A DNA stretch of 63,996 bases, counting the filler, from Choristocarpus tenellus KU-1152 (lineage: Eukaryota; Protista; Phaeophyceae), in assembly GCA_964200185.2 (NCBI GenBank). It is 11 parts of 11 records of this genome, joined end to end, with 100 filler letters (N's around TTAATTAATTAA, not from the genome) between each part and the next. Parts side by side here need not be neighbours in the genome. Positions count along the whole stretch, not along the records: positions 18,659 to 30,094 come from CAXNAD020002321.1; positions 30,195 to 33,436 come from CAXNAD020021312.1; positions 33,537 to 40,128 come from CAXNAD020007798.1; 8 more parts are not named here. One strand, 5' to 3'. Shown in pieces: positions 25,001 through 38,693 of the stretch (positions within the stretch are counted from its first letter, which is position 1; each line of letters begins with the position of its first letter). Position numbers and translations under genes: made by a program. The notes below the pieces were generated by a model. The model saw nothing but the letters and a program-made list of their open reading frames with translations, was not told the origin of the DNA and searched no databases.

Positions 25001-28000
25001 TGCAGAAGATTCACTTGCTTCCCATTTCTAATTTTGATGTTGGGAACCAAGTGAGTCCATTTGGGGATAAACAATGTTGCCTATATTCAATTTGGTGCTT
25101 TCACTAATAACTTCAAAACACGGTGCTGTTCATCTTTTTGATTGAACAATAACTGAAGATAAGTTCGAGATTGGAAAAAAAAGGCAACAGGCATCTAAGT
25201 GAACAATAATCGTATGGTCTAGGCATAGTTCTTGCGGAAATACTCTAGTCCCTAGACTCTGTTCAAAAGAAGCAAGCAAAAATATGAGTTATCATCGTAT
25301 CTAAGCAAATGCTCTACTAAGACAGTGTAGACCATAAGGAGATTTCAGCATGAGTTCGATCTCTCTCCCTTGAACAACCATACTGAACCACTGCGCTTGA
25401 GTCATGCAAGGTCATTAACATTTCACATTCAGGAGTGATTGATAAATTGGTCTGGCCTTCATCACTTCTCAACCATGCAGTCTTAACTCAACAACCCTCT
25501 TGATGACTGACACCCCTTCCATCACCCAACCTACGCCAAAACTTCAGACTTCTGGTTCGCCACGGTTGCATGGTCAAGGGAGGATCATATGTGGACTACC
25601 CAGCTTTTGTTCGCAGCTTCACCTCAGCTGTCAAGGCTACAGATATTTCCACTGTAGTTTCTGCTGCATCAGAACCATTTGGGCACACTCCAGCAAAAAG
25701 ACTCTCTGAGAATCCCAACAATACAACACTAGCCCTGTCCCTGCTACCTCCTCGACCCTCAACTACTGCTGCAACAAACTCTCGGTCTTCCCAGCCTGGA
25801 TTGAGGGAACGGTATAATGGGGGGCATATATTTTGGAGTCTTTCGACTCCATTTGTTGGAGGTTCTTTAATTTTTCCCATGCTCTTTAATTTGATCCTAC
25901 CGGGTTCCGGCCTTGTTTCTTCTTTCTCTCGTAGAAATGTAATGTGGGAAGAACTCTTGTCATAGCCAGGTGTACTTGTCTTCAATTATTGAACTCCTTT
26001 ACCTCAAGGCTGTGTAACTCATCATGTGCATGTCGACTCCAGGAAGGTAAATGGACAGCGACCATCATCAGGAACAAAGATTGGGAAAGTCCAACGAAGC
26101 AGTCCTGTCATCACTGTCAACAAGAGCACACCAATAAGGTCTAAGTCTATGACCAGATTGGAAAGAGAAAAGGCAAGTGGAGGGATGAGGCAGTCCCCTT
26201 AATTGGAACACATGGGGCTTAGCTTCAGAGGTAAGATACAATGCTTTTGGCGCGAGAGTACTTTGAGGATCTGGGAAAGAAGGCCTACATATCTAATGGA
26301 ATCATATAGGTCTCCAAGTACCCCCGCTGGGAAGAAGGCATCTGCTAATCAACAACATGATCCCGTTGTTCATTTGTCCTCAAATGTGAGGGCGAGAGGT
26401 CCTGCACATATGGTCGTACTCCCAAGTTTCATGCACTGTTTGTGTGCCTCCATTATATTCGAGCCACAAAAAGGGTCAACAAATTATTAGGAGTTGTGCG
26501 AAGCATATCCAATATGTATTGTATCTTCCTACCATGCAATGATCCCATAGCAGCTATACAATCTTGCTTTGGGGATTGTCCAAGGAGTGGTGTTGCTGCT
26601 GTAAGATACTGTACTTGCTATGAGTATCTAATCCATGCAACATCAACCTCTGACTCACTGTGTGTATTAACAGCCTCAAGCTTGGGCCCAGGAGAAGGAA
26701 GGGTATGCCAAACAGTCTTCTAGCTCCACAAACCTTCTCCAGGTGCAGAATGCTGATTTTGAATGCCCGTCATAGTAGACTCAACCTTATCCTCCTCAGT
26801 CCACAGTATTTATTTCTTCCTCTTTTGTTGGAGGAGATACGCATATAAAAATGTCTTCTCTCGCTAGAGAAAACATGGTGGCAGAGCCATATTGCCTTGC
26901 AAGCAAGGTATCAAGAAGAACTTTGTGTTTTGTAGAAAGATGAGTCGGGTGTTGGAAATAGTACGTTCAAGGAATCCATAGTATATTGTTTGGGTTATCG
27001 TGCTTTGAATGGATGACTAATTACGTAAGATCTAAAGTGTGGATCACATTGCATGTCGATTTATAAGAGTTTTGCATGCACCAACATATACCATGTTCAT
27101 AAATGAGATCACAAGTTATTGGTAGACTCAAGAAAATTGATGAGAATTGAGTCAAAGCATTTAAGAGGGTGGTAGTTTTTCCCTATCTATCTGTTCGGGG
27201 CTTGACTTTCCTTGGGTTATTATGCCCTTTTTCGGTTTTCTATGTGAACACAGTTACCCTAACCCTAAAATGTATACGACTATGAAAGGTGTGTCTGGAG
27301 CAAGGATATTAGCGCTTGCTAATGAACACGATAGCCAAGACTCATCAAAATCGCAACATTGGATTTTTGACCACAAACCGGCGCGCCCCTACCCTCTCAA
27401 ATGCTTTGAGTCAATAGTAGGGGGGAGCGTTGTTGAAGCTATTGCCGCATTCTTGCTGAGATACAGGATACAAGGGGTAGGTGATAGCAAGAGGAATATT
27501 GCCGCTGAATGATACATGACTCGACAGTATGACCAATTTAGTGGCCATGGTAGGGTCTTGTAACTATAGTGATGGGGATACATAATTACTTCGCAAACAT
27601 TGATACTTGCTCTGGAATATTTCTGTTGGTTTTGGGCATTCAAAGGGCACATTCCAACTGACCTATACTAGCAAGAGCCACCTCAACGTAAGCAACTAGC
27701 ACACAAAAAAAAGAACCATGCACTAGTACCTATACTGCTCCACACCTCTCTGAAATGTATGTACCTCTTAACTGACCCAACATAAGCGCTCTTCTTAACT
27801 GGAGAGATTATCCCACATGACCAAAACAGAACTTTCAGAGTATGCCAGCCCTGCCGCAACTGGCGGGTCAACTTCCTGAACTGCCAAAAACCACCCCCCT
27901 TCATCGTGCCATGAAGAAGTGAGCATGATACCTGCATTAGGGGTAGGGCTAGATGTAACAGCAATCAGTAACACTTTCATGACAAAATTGCATGCATCCT

Positions 28001-29507
28001 CTATGGTACAACAGGGAGTGCGAAACTATTACCTGCAGCAGGCCAAGGATCACCATCTTCCTATGTACATTGCAATATGTACAAGTATAGCTCTAATGCA
28101 TGAAAATCGTCTTTAGGATGGCTGCTGCTGTCTATTAAGTAGGTTTGCTCTGCTTGAATATTAATCCCAATTTACTTCACCGGTGCTATTAGACCTACTT
28201 CCCGCGCTTCCTTCTGCAATGTAATTCTAAATTGTAGATTCACATTCCAATTTGATTTGATTAATGTCATCCCTCTGTTGTACCTAACAACAATTTGATC
28301 ACAGAGATGTCATGCGCTCACTGAGAGAGCTAAGAAAGGCATTCAAGGCATGTGAAAATCCTTACCATAGAGGGATTGTTAGTGTTTCCCAGTTCAAGGT
28401 GGGTGGGTGGGTTTAGTTTTGGCATCACAGGAGTGATGGCCGTGACCAATAGGAAATTGTGTCTCTACTGCTGCGAAATGTTCATAAAGAAAGCATGATG
28501 CCGAGCATTCCTGAGTGCAAGCACTGTAAAGACTCTTGTATAAAGCATGCGGATACTTGTGACTGAGTACATGAGCCACCCATAGCGAGAAGAATCGTCT
28601 ATTGAGAACTTGTAACTTGTGAACCTTCCTTGCAAAGTAGAAATGACCATTAATCATGAGGTTACTCTGGTCAAATATGACAACTATATGACCTCAAGTT
28701 GAAGGATTATAAACTAGAGATAGAGGTAAGGCCTACAGATTACTTTCATGTCAGCTTGTTGTTATGGAGGATGTGGGGATCATTTGTCAACCCTAAGAGG
28801 CAATAGTTGAGTTGGCCTCACCTGATCTCCAAAGCACCATGCCTCCAACATAGGGCTACCATGGGTTTTATATTACCTCTGATTACTACTGTATCACCTG
28901 CCTTGCAATCTGTTAAACTACAATGTAGTCCAATTCAAACGAGGAGTAAGCTTTAATACTGTAGATTAATCATAAAGTGAGTACCAAGTTTACCGGGGTC
29001 ACTATCTCCAGAGTATTTTCCTGATAAAGTCGAGAGCAGCAAGATCATGATAGGGAATATGCGAAATGATTTTTCTAAGTCGATCGACAGCACTCATGGT
29101 ACCGTTTTCTTGTCCCACAAACATGGTTCAGTTACAACTGACACTGTAGAACAAAGCAATAGAGAACTATACATCAGCATGAATATCTCCTAACCAGTGA
29201 TGAAAGGAGAGCAATTGAATATGATCAGAGGATCACTGTTAGATAAAATGGGGGTATTTCCTCCTTTTTCAAATGAAGGGTTTTGAGGAAGGTAGCATGG
29301 CCAAGGCTGACTGGCACCTCAGAAGCAGATATCTTGACTTCTTTGTTTGCCTGGATGATGTTTGTTAAAGTCACAAACCAGTCCTAACCAGATCCTTCTT
29401 CTCAACATGAATCCTTCCTCATGGGTTTCGACCATCAAGGATGCCTGCCAGAAGAATGGCATTCCTGTGGACAGGACTGATGTCACTTTACTCCTTCGAG
29501 CCCACAG
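19022..29507 (+). CDS. Spliced gene for a multi-EF-hand-like protein (EFCAB6-like architecture), 14 exons, 5' and 3' ends not resolved
   Basis: Phase-consistent exons: 19022-19138, 19381-19533, 19952-20025, 20450-20588, 21349-21510, 22196-22357, 23087-23233, 23854-24008, 25548-25811, 26043-26172 (GC donor), 26674-26742, 26870-26907, 28305-28398, 29440-29507. The joined frame is stop-free with repeated helix-loop-helix units: LLRAFRRVTRKKGSEITFEDFQDAL, LFNLYDWRRRGLIPFQEL, ALRQSDQGRTGQVSRKAFSKAL, GGSYVDYPAFVRSF, LRKAFKACENPYHRGIVSVSQFKDAC. Orthology is not established. Confidence 0.8.
24459..24483. repeat. (TA)n microsatellite (intronic)
   Basis: About 12 AT units seen directly. Confidence 0.9.
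27149..27412 (-). mobile_element. MITE family A diverged copy (intronic) with an internal (CCCTAA)2 tract
   Basis: gagtcaaagcatttaagagggt ... accctctcaaatgctttgagtc; flanks aatt/aata; the interior is the reverse complement of the family A consensus. Confidence 0.8.
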
Positions 29508-29979
29508 GTACCATTTACTCTCTATTAGATCTATACTTGATCGACCAGGTTTCGTTTTGAAATTCTCCTTAGGATGTACGTTGCATGATGACTAATAAAG
29601 GATCAAGAAAAATTGAGAAGGCTGTACTGTAGAGTGTCTATGTTACCTATTCCGTAGTTTCCCATAATCGCAGTTCCTCCTCCTATTGCCACATGCTATA
29701 GAGCCCCTGCCAAACATTGTTGCTTTTTGACAGAATCCTGCTCAATTATAATTATATATTGCTGGGAAGCATAGCTGTAGGACTGCTATTCAGATTATAG
29801 AAGTTCGCAACAATTATAAACCTCAACATGACTTAAGTAATTTGTGCCTAGAGGAGAAAAAGTAACCTCAATCAGGTCACTAATGAATAGCATGCTCTGT
29901 GACATTTTTTTAATTAGGAAAGCTCTCTTGGCCGTTCTATGGGGGGCAAGTTCTTCTACGATAATTTTTTGTTGTTGTT

Positions 29980-30094
29980 GATCCAAAGTATCTGGGGGGG
30001 GGGGGGGGGGGGGGGTTGCACAGGGGGTGCCTTTGGGGCGCATATCAAAAAAAAGAAATTTAATAATGCAAATCGCAGGGTCAAAACAAAACAA
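29980..30094. mobile_element. MITE family B end, truncated by a gap
   Basis: gatccaaagtatct followed by a long G run, then the spacer. Confidence 0.7.
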
Positions 30095-31599
30095 NNNNNN
30101 NNNNNNNNNNNNNNNNNNNNNNNNNNNNNNNNNNNNNNTTAATTAATTAANNNNNNNNNNNNNNNNNNNNNNNNNNNNNNNNNNNNNNNNNNNNGTCCTC
30201 CTGTGGGTCTTCCCGCTCCCCTTCAATACGAAGAATATGTCGGCTGTTTCCACCTGTTTCACAATATTCAACATATCTTATTATCCCCCTTGCATATTTC
30301 CCCGAATGTGTCAGAAAAAAAACTATATTACAAGGGCTAGTGTAAATGCAACAGTTATTGTCCATACTAACATCTCTCTCTAAAAAATATACGGTATTTT
30401 AAACAATAAATCAAGTCCCCCGTAAAAATATTTTTATTAGATAGTAATGCGTACACTTATGGTTGAAATGTATCTTAGCCTCACGAAGGTGGGTGACGAG
30501 GTAGGGAACGTTCAACCATCAGTCAGGACTCTACCATCGTGAAGAACGCACTCTAAATTGGCCAGTTCAAAAATCGGATTAAAGTAACATGCGTGGTTTG
30601 GTGAAGGCAGAGGACGTTGAAGAGGGGTGAAACCAAGATCTAGATTTGAAATCTCAAGTCAGATTCCTTCCAATCACATATTAGACACACCCATCGGTCA
30701 GAAGATGTCCCAGATTCTCAAAAGACAGGACCTGACGCTGATATATATAAAGGGTTCTAATTGTGGAGCTGGTTCAAGGAGCAAGAAGGAGTACTATATC
30801 ACCGTTACATAAATCGAGTTGCTGAGATGTCGAGAGCAATTACTCAGACGATCTCAAGGCATTGGGACGTCTACAAGACACAGAAGGATTGTGATGCTAT
30901 GGATCTCGATATTGGTTGGAAACGAAAGGGGAATTCTGACGGCAAAGGTACTGACAATGTTGATGAGCTACGACATATATCTTGGAAAAGATTTCTATAA
31001 AAAACCTCATTGTGGATGGCGCCCTGGTCGCTCAGCTGGGCATCCTGTGATCCACTCTGCCTCTATGATTATGACGAACCTCCTGTCGCAAAGGTTCAGG
31101 CAAGACCAGATCATCCATTGACCCAATATTTTCGATACCTTTCTGCCTATCCAAATCTATGTTATGTTTGTCTCCACAAGAAGTAGTATTGGTTTTGGAT
31201 TTTTCCTTTCCTTCACTTTACATGTCAAATGTGAGAGGGCACGATAATAATATGAAGAAGTCAGCATCTTGAACAAATAAATATACTTCAAAGTAACTTC
31301 TACTACTATTTATTCTATTGTAGAAAATATTGTACTGCTGTATCTCTCCTTTTCTGTTCGCTTCTACTTTTATCGATTGACGTTTTTTAAATTTTGTCCA
31401 CACTTGTCATCCAAACTAAATCAAACAAAGTATAGAAACAAAAATAGACCTAAAAAATATCCTCTCATACCAAATCAAAATGTGAGAGGTAATAAAAATA
31501 CTACACGTAGTAGTTAAAAAGCTCCAAAAATCATCCACATCACAACCTCCAAAACGAAAGTGGAGGGGAAACTCGATCCAAACTTTGTGGAGGAGCGTG

Positions 31600-33250
31600 T
31601 TCCCCCTCCACGCTGGCGTGGGTTGCTTGCTTCTAGGTGGTGGTGTGTGTGCCTAGAGTGACTCTGTTCCGCCCCGAAACTTAGTCAACGAGCTTACAGA
31701 TATGGCTGGCGAGGCTCCACCAGGATGGTCATCAATGGGAGGGTGGAAACTTTCCTACGCTGTCAAGTCAGACGAGATACCAAGTGCTGCCATGCCCGAG
31801 CCCCAGCATAGGTGCGTGCTTGGATGCGCCTCAATTTTGGGGTATTTGAGATATTTGTGACCTTTTGTGGTCGATTGCGACGGCCGTAGAGGATTTGTTT
31901 GTTGGGCATGTGTTGGATCTGATTGACGTGGACTTTAGGATGAGTGACTTCCTGCGCCTCTAGAGAGGATCCAATGGTAGAATTGATGGGTTCAGGAGCT
32001 CTTCATCTCCTGTGCTGTCCATGTTCATGTGTATTAGCCTGAATAATGCCAGGTGGTTGATGGGGATCGGGATGTGTGGGCAGTGTTTATCCTTTTCGTC
32101 GCTCCCACCGTCGATCCTCTCATTCAGAAGGAAGGTGCTCTTTCAACGGTTGACCAAAGCTAAGCTGAGCATAGAATACACTCCATACCATTGAGAAGGT
32201 GACATAAGTTGTAAATATCCCGTCCATAACCCTCGAAGATACGGCGAGGAAGTCCTGTATGGAAGGGGACAAGTTTTGTGTTGGTTCGATTGAGTGGCGA
32301 CTACTTCGACTTATTCTCCTACCAATGCGACCCCACGGCTAGTATTTTCCTCGAACTTGAACAGATAGCTGGAAGAAGCTCTTGGCCAGGCGTGTTGGCC
32401 GCCTTCGAATCCCCTTCTCAACACGCCACTCCCGAGATAATCTATTGGTGCATCAGAGCGATCAAATGAGCGAACGGGTCTTTGGTGCAGTATTGGAGGG
32501 AAGCTAGTGGAACGTCGCAGGAATATCCTCTAAGTTCCCTTCCGTGATAATGTGAAATGTGGCGCCTTTTAGAAGTGTCCTCGAAAACACACTTGTACTG
32601 CGTTACGAAATAGAGGGGATAAGGCCTCGTGAAGATATGGTGGATGCCTTGAAGTGTTGTAGTGAAACATTCCGGATCAGTCACTGCCCAAACTTCCACG
32701 TGATATTCAGCAATGGGCAGTATGAAGACTCTGTGCCGAAGAGACTTCATGGTACATGTAAGATATGGCAGCTACCTTATTATTGTTCAGGATCACTTTG
32801 TCTTGTTTCGGATGGCGTTTGTGTATGTTCCGTCGAGGTTTCTGACTGCTAGTTAGAACGTTTTTGTGAAATCAGTCATGCATTCCCTAATGATACTCGT
32901 TATTGTTGCATGTTGAGTTCTTCTATTTGCTGACTCCTGCATGCGGTCCACATAACATAGGCCGCGCTCGCTACTGACACTAGTACTACACCATGCCTAC
33001 AAACGATGATTCTCCCTAGTAGGTTTGTTGGAGGATAAGCATTGGCACATTTCAGGCTCTGGTGCATTTTGTGTACACATCCTTTGAGGCGGTCACACTT
33101 GTCTTGTGGCAAGACTGTTGTGCCAAAACTCTTGTTCGAGGAGGTCTGCAGTCATATTTCTATCACTACAACCGCCCTCGAGATGGAGTGGAGCATTTAC
33201 ATAAAAAAATTAAACCTTTTTGTGCACCTAACGAACCAATTGGATGAGGG
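31600..33250 (-). mobile_element. Degenerate Ty3/Gypsy pol relic (RT-RNase H)
   Basis: Minus-strand fragments SDAPIDYLGSGVL (~32450-32410; cf. RNase H TDASxxGxGAVL) and GQELLPAI (~32385-32365; cf. ExELLAI) occur in the expected order. Many stops and frameshifts; boundaries are approximate. Confidence 0.45.
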
Positions 33251-33363
33251 GTGCATTGTGATATGTGTGTGATGTGCACAACCAGCTTATTGGCATTTTG
33301 GCTGTCTCTGGTTTTGTTTCTGTCCATTTTTTATTTGCTGATTGACCACTTTTACGAGGATAA

Positions 33364-33436
33364 GAGCCAAAGTATCTTAGAGGGTAGAGTCGCGTCCATT
33401 TGGGGGCCAAAATCCAATGTGGCGATTCTGATGCAA
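33364..33436 (+). mobile_element. MITE family A left part, truncated by a gap
   Basis: gagccaaagtatcttagagggtagagtcgcgtccatttgggggccaaaatccaatg matches the consensus. Confidence 0.85.
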
Positions 33437-35398
33437 NNNNNNNNNNNNNNNNNNNNNNNNNNNNNNNNNNNNNNNNNNNNTTAATTAATTAANNNNNNNN
33501 NNNNNNNNNNNNNNNNNNNNNNNNNNNNNNNNNNNNGGATAGGGAGGGGCCAAGAACACAGGAAGGCAGTTGTTAACAAAACAAAAAAGCAAGAGCAGGA
33601 AGTGTTTCATGTAAAAAAAAAAAAAAAAACAATGGGAGGAGGGGGATGGGAATAAATAAAAAAATAAAAATAAAACAACGGGACAAGAAACGATCTGTTT
33701 GATGAGGTTAAGTATGGTATCGTGAATTAGGGGGGTTTCAGGCACAACTCCGCGATGATGAAGATGTGGTGCGATATCTGAAACGTTAGTTTTTTTAAGA
33801 ACGCCTTTTTGGAAACGATGTGATGAATCTCAGCTTTTTTTTTTCTGAACAGAACAGCTCTCCCCCGCATCCCCCTTGTCCTATGTCCCTTGCCCCTTTT
33901 TTTTCTGCATCTTCATTGGAGTTGTCGTCGCTGAAGTTTAGGGTTAGGGTTATATAGGTCGAAAAGATGGGAATGATATTTGGGAATTATTATTATTATT
34001 ATTTGGGGTAAGGATCATGATTTGGGAATTTCGGGTGAAAAGACCATTTTACGGTTTCAGATTTTTTTGGGGGTGTGACTGTTCTGCGTTGTTCTTTTTT
34101 CTTTCTTTTTTTTTTGCCCAACAACTCTGAAAAGATTCTCAACTATAAGCAAGTTTTTTTTTTTTTTGTAGAAAAATCTTCCTGCTGCGCCGGCTGTCTT
34201 CCTCCTGTCCTGTCTTGTCCTGTCCTGTCCTGAACTTGAGTCCCAGTCTCTCGTGGTGTGTTGGGCGATTGATGTGGTAGACAGTAGTGTAGCATGGTAC
34301 AACAGCTCCAACAAGGAGGGCAATTGTCGTCGTACTTGGGAAGGCGGTTCCAACAACCGTTTCGAAGAATGGGGCAATGAACATCCTCTCATGGCTTGTT
34401 CTACAGTGACGATAGTCTACTCTAAGTCATAGCGTGTCCTCATGTTGTAGCTATTTTAGGTAAAATGACTTGATTGGTGGATTGATGGCAAGCATTAGTT
34501 TTTGATACATGCGACGTTTACTCTTTTTTTTTTTAAGCAATGGTACTTGAGAAAATGCAACGTTTTTTTTTTTTTTTTGGGGGGGGGGGGGGGAAGAGGG
34601 ACGCAACATAGAAAAGTGATACTACCTCAAAAATCAATCGATCCATTGATTGGGTACCTTCCCGAACAGTTCCAGTTGTTGACAAATAGTCTGTATCTTT
34701 GTAGTTGGCATATCTTGTGTCATCGCGAACTGATCAGCGAGTATTCCTACTACTGTATGTGTAATTGAAATAGGCTATAGTGATTGGTCGCAAATCCAAC
34801 TCTGAATTTTCAAAATAGACATCAAACTGGAATTATTAATAAACGTTCAAATAAAAATCTTGATACTTGTTATTCAGCATCCAAAATATCGTATCAATTT
34901 TTTGATGTTTGATATTTGATATTCGAAATAAAAAATGACGGAATTCATCTCCCCTATCCAATTAACAACTGTTCTCTATCCTCGAGAACCACTGAATATT
35001 TATGTTGTGGTTCACTCTTCTTCCAGTATTTTGTTATGTCATAGATAGGGGGATTTGGTATAGGATTTGGACTCTCGTCCATGACTTGTTTGGGTATATT
35101 TTTACATTTTTCACCTCACTAACTTGGGTGGGGAAGTAGGAAGGTAAGGTATTGGTTTAAGTGTGTTAGTGTTGAAACATTTATGAAAGAGAGCAGATAG
35201 CTGAATGAAGGAGAAGATATCCAAAGCCAATCCCATGTTGGACCGTACAGATTTGTCATTGCACCTCACCACCTGTTACTTTTGACCGGAAAAATATCCT
35301 CCCAACCTTGCACTATGCGGGTAGAGCTTGAGAGAGTCATCAATGCTGGTGGGGCATTACTCCTTGTGATTGAGGTCAAGTAGTCTAATCAAGATAAT

Positions 35399-35623
35399 GA
35401 GTGAAAGTATCTTGGAGGGTACGAGTTTTGCCGAGGCTTTTATGGCATTCCCAAAATATTTCAGAGTAGGTAAAATTTACATTATTATGAAAAGGTGTGT
35501 CTGGAACAAGGATATTGGCACTACTTCCTAAAAAACACAATAGACAAATTTACATCGAAATTGTAAACATTGGATTTTGATCCCCAAAAGGATGCGGCTC
35601 TACCCTCTAAGATACTTTAGCTC
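35399..35623 (-). mobile_element. MITE family A copy with an internal deletion
   Basis: gagtgaaagtatcttggagggta ... taccctctaagatactttagctc; exact 4-bp TSD taat/taat. Confidence 0.9.
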
Positions 35624-36309
35624 TAATTGGGGTAAACATCGTGGCAGGATATGTTGGGAATATCGTGAGAAACGCCGATCCCGGCAACATAATAATGCAT
35701 GGTGTAAATGAGGTGGGGTTTCCACGAACAATCTATGCCAATAGGGAGGGAGAAGGGACCACAGACGACGAAGGGGAAAGTATGAGGGAGGTGAGTGAAT
35801 TAGTAGAAGACGATGCAGGGCCCGGAGTGCAAACCGCAACCGTATATGGGCACTTTCCGCGCACCAAGTATGGGTCAAACCCATCCTCCATAGTATGCTC
35901 CATCCTCAATTTTGGTGAGAGGCTGTTCGTAGAGGAAATGATGGTCTTTGTATACAATAGTCCCCAGAACATAAGGACGGAGGAAAGACCTAGGAACTTG
36001 TAATTGCGAGTGGCTGCCATCATCAGCATTATCATTACTAGTACTACTTATTAGTAGTAGTAGAAGGAACAGCAGCAGCAGCAGTAGTACCATTACAACT
36101 ATTATTAAAATCAAACTAATTGAGAGGTAGGCAGATTTGGGTCCCTATGCAGTGAACTCTTTTTTGATTCTTCATGTGGACAGTAATAGTGTACAAAAAT
36201 TTGTATGCCCCCTTTCCATACACAAAGTGACCCACGTACGAAATGGCATGATGATGCATTAACCTTTGGGAGTTCTACCTCACTGCTAAATCACGTCAAG
36301 AATTATCTC

Positions 36310-37160
36310 ATGGATAAGTTTGTAATAAAAGATCTTGGTAGGGTCGAGTTCATATTGGGCATAATATGAGTGATGTATGATGATGCTACAGGCGAAATGT
36401 CATTGTTTCAAGAAAGTTATGCTAATACAATCTTATCTAGATATGGCATGGGTGCGTGTAACAGTACGAAAACACCTGGGGACAATCACCCAATAGGCAA
36501 AATACTCAAAATAGAAATAAGCTAGACAGAGCTGGAATAAAACGTTACCAAAAGATCAGAGGGTCATTGAAATATTTTTTTTAAACTCGCACTAGACCGG
36601 ATTTGGGATTTGCCATTTTAGATTATCTCAATTCATGAGTGAACCTACAGAGCATGGTGTTGCTGCTGCTAAAAGAGCCTTGAGATTTCCTCAAAGGAAC
36701 AAATGACTCATCCCTAACATACGAAAGAGGTGGGCTAGAATGATCGGATTTCTTATGCACCTCACGCTAATAATACAAACTTGAGATCTACAAGTGATTA
36801 CATGATTTCACCTAGAAATACCGCTCTAGTCTGGAAGACAAAAGAACAGAATACTGTAGCCATTTCATCTACCGAAGCAGAAGTGATTGCACTATGTGCT
36901 GCAGTGCAAGAATCAATATACTGGAGGACTTTCTTACATAAAATTGATAACTCGATCAATAACCCAGTAACTATAGTGGTAGATATCAAGAGTGCCATAC
37001 AATTGGCCAATAATCATGGATCTTAGAGAGCCAGAAGGAATTATATTCACGGAAGACAAGCCTACATGGAAGACTGAGTTCAAAATCAGAATATTGACAT
37101 CCAACATGTTGAAAGTGAAAATCAGTTTGCTGGCACTCTACCTTAACACTTGCCCAAACC
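36310..37160 (+). mobile_element. Ty1/Copia reverse transcriptase-RNase H relic
   Basis: Motifs in order: IKDLGRVEFILG, LFQESYANTILSRYGM..C.STKTP, TRPDLGFA, SQFMSEP..H..AAKRALR, RSTSDY, WKTKEQNTVAISSTEAEVIAL, VDIKSAIQLANN, HVESENQFA. Frameshifts and stops are present. Confidence 0.92.
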
Positions 37161-38693
37161 AGGTTTTGAAAGACACGGACAGATGTTGAATAATGTTTCC
37201 AGTGCAAACACCACTGAGGTAAGCAAATGATGTTTGTGGTATCCAATATCTGAGCATTGAATAGGTAGCCCAATGCCTTACTATTGAAGAGGCTTATCAC
37301 ATGACTAAACACTGAAGAAGAATCCAACAAAACAACATTGATGACTACCTGAATGAATGACGATTAGGTAAAACTATTTATAATTGAGCGTTAATAAAGA
37401 ACTAATAGTCTAGTGGTGACATCACCAATTATTGGTATCATTAATTAACATTAGAGTGATTACACCACTGTCTATTTAATGAGGAGGTTTGTATGAGTTA
37501 AGTGATATACCACTGACAACAACCTCTCTTTCATCCACCCTTACAAGTAGACCTGACGTGGTACTAAATTTGGAAAATTACATACCAAATGGTTTTAAGG
37601 TCAGAACTTTTTGTGAGAGTTCCCTCATGGTCCTTATTTCTTGCAACCAGTTTTTTCTTGGTATCCCAAAAACGGGGGCATATTTTCTGGGCAAGGAACG
37701 ACAAAGGAATGTAATATATTTCCAAACTTCTGTCATAGTACTGAGCTTTGATGAGTTGGGTAACAGTTAACCAACCTCACCTGCGTGACATACTACACGT
37801 AACATTGAAAGGGCAATTATTTAGTCACGCTTTGGAGAAGGCGAATAGTGTGGGGGTAATGATTGGTGTAGTATTTTCAAACTTTAAGGAAAATAATTTC
37901 TGATCTTGTGTTACATTGATGCAAACGAATAGAAATTAGGGGAAGGTGTCAGAAATCAAGGTGCAAGGGATCAAGAAAGTCCACCTACAAGGTCCAGAGG
38001 TAATGGCGGAGACAAAGAAGTCATGGAGCTAGTCCTATAGCATCATACAACCTACTAGAGCAATCACAATACTCTGTAGTGCTTAAACCAGTTATATTGA
38101 AGTACAAGAATATTTTATAATGTATAACATACATTATTGTGTAATAGTATTGTTTTATATGACTGTTTGAGTGGACCTGAAGTACAAGAATATTATGCAT
38201 ACAGTGTATCACATACCTTGTTCTACAACATTCTTATTTTACATGACCATTTGACTGGACTTGAAGTGTTAGGGATTATTCATTGAACTTGAATTTGTCT
38301 TACTGAAGTTTGAACTCCTCTCCTTCACTGAATTGGTATATTCACTTCTCACTTCTCAACTTTATCCTATCTTCAAAGAAACAAGAGCATAAATAATTGA
38401 GACATCCCAGAACACCAACCAATTTATCTTGGTTCCTCTTCGAGAATCTCAAGAGCCAAGAGTCCAGACTACCTACTGCCTCCTTTCTAACAAAGACGAG
38501 ACCTCCTGAAGGCAAGCAGTACGGCAAAATGCTCGAGACGGGTTCGACGCAAAAAATCAGGAATTCTCCGAACTTCTGTTCATCTCGTGAGAGGGTGCGG
38601 ATAATGGTATCCTGCGTCGCCTTCACCCCATGAATTCGTCTACCACGTTGATCGAAGGCAACGTCGCCTTCAATGAGATTCACAACAAGTAGT

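Noticed and set aside
30500-31130. Plus-strand ORF fragments as an endogenous viral gene
   Set aside because: No viral hallmark motif was recognised and the frames are short and broken.
31560-31612. Hairpin gtggaggggaa...ttccccctccac as a terminator
   Set aside because: The context is eukaryotic, there is no U-tract, and it lies at the edge of a Gypsy relic where purine tracts are expected.
35641-36003. 120-aa ORF as a gene
   Set aside because: It has a non-ATG start, no recognisable domain and overlapping open frames on both strands.
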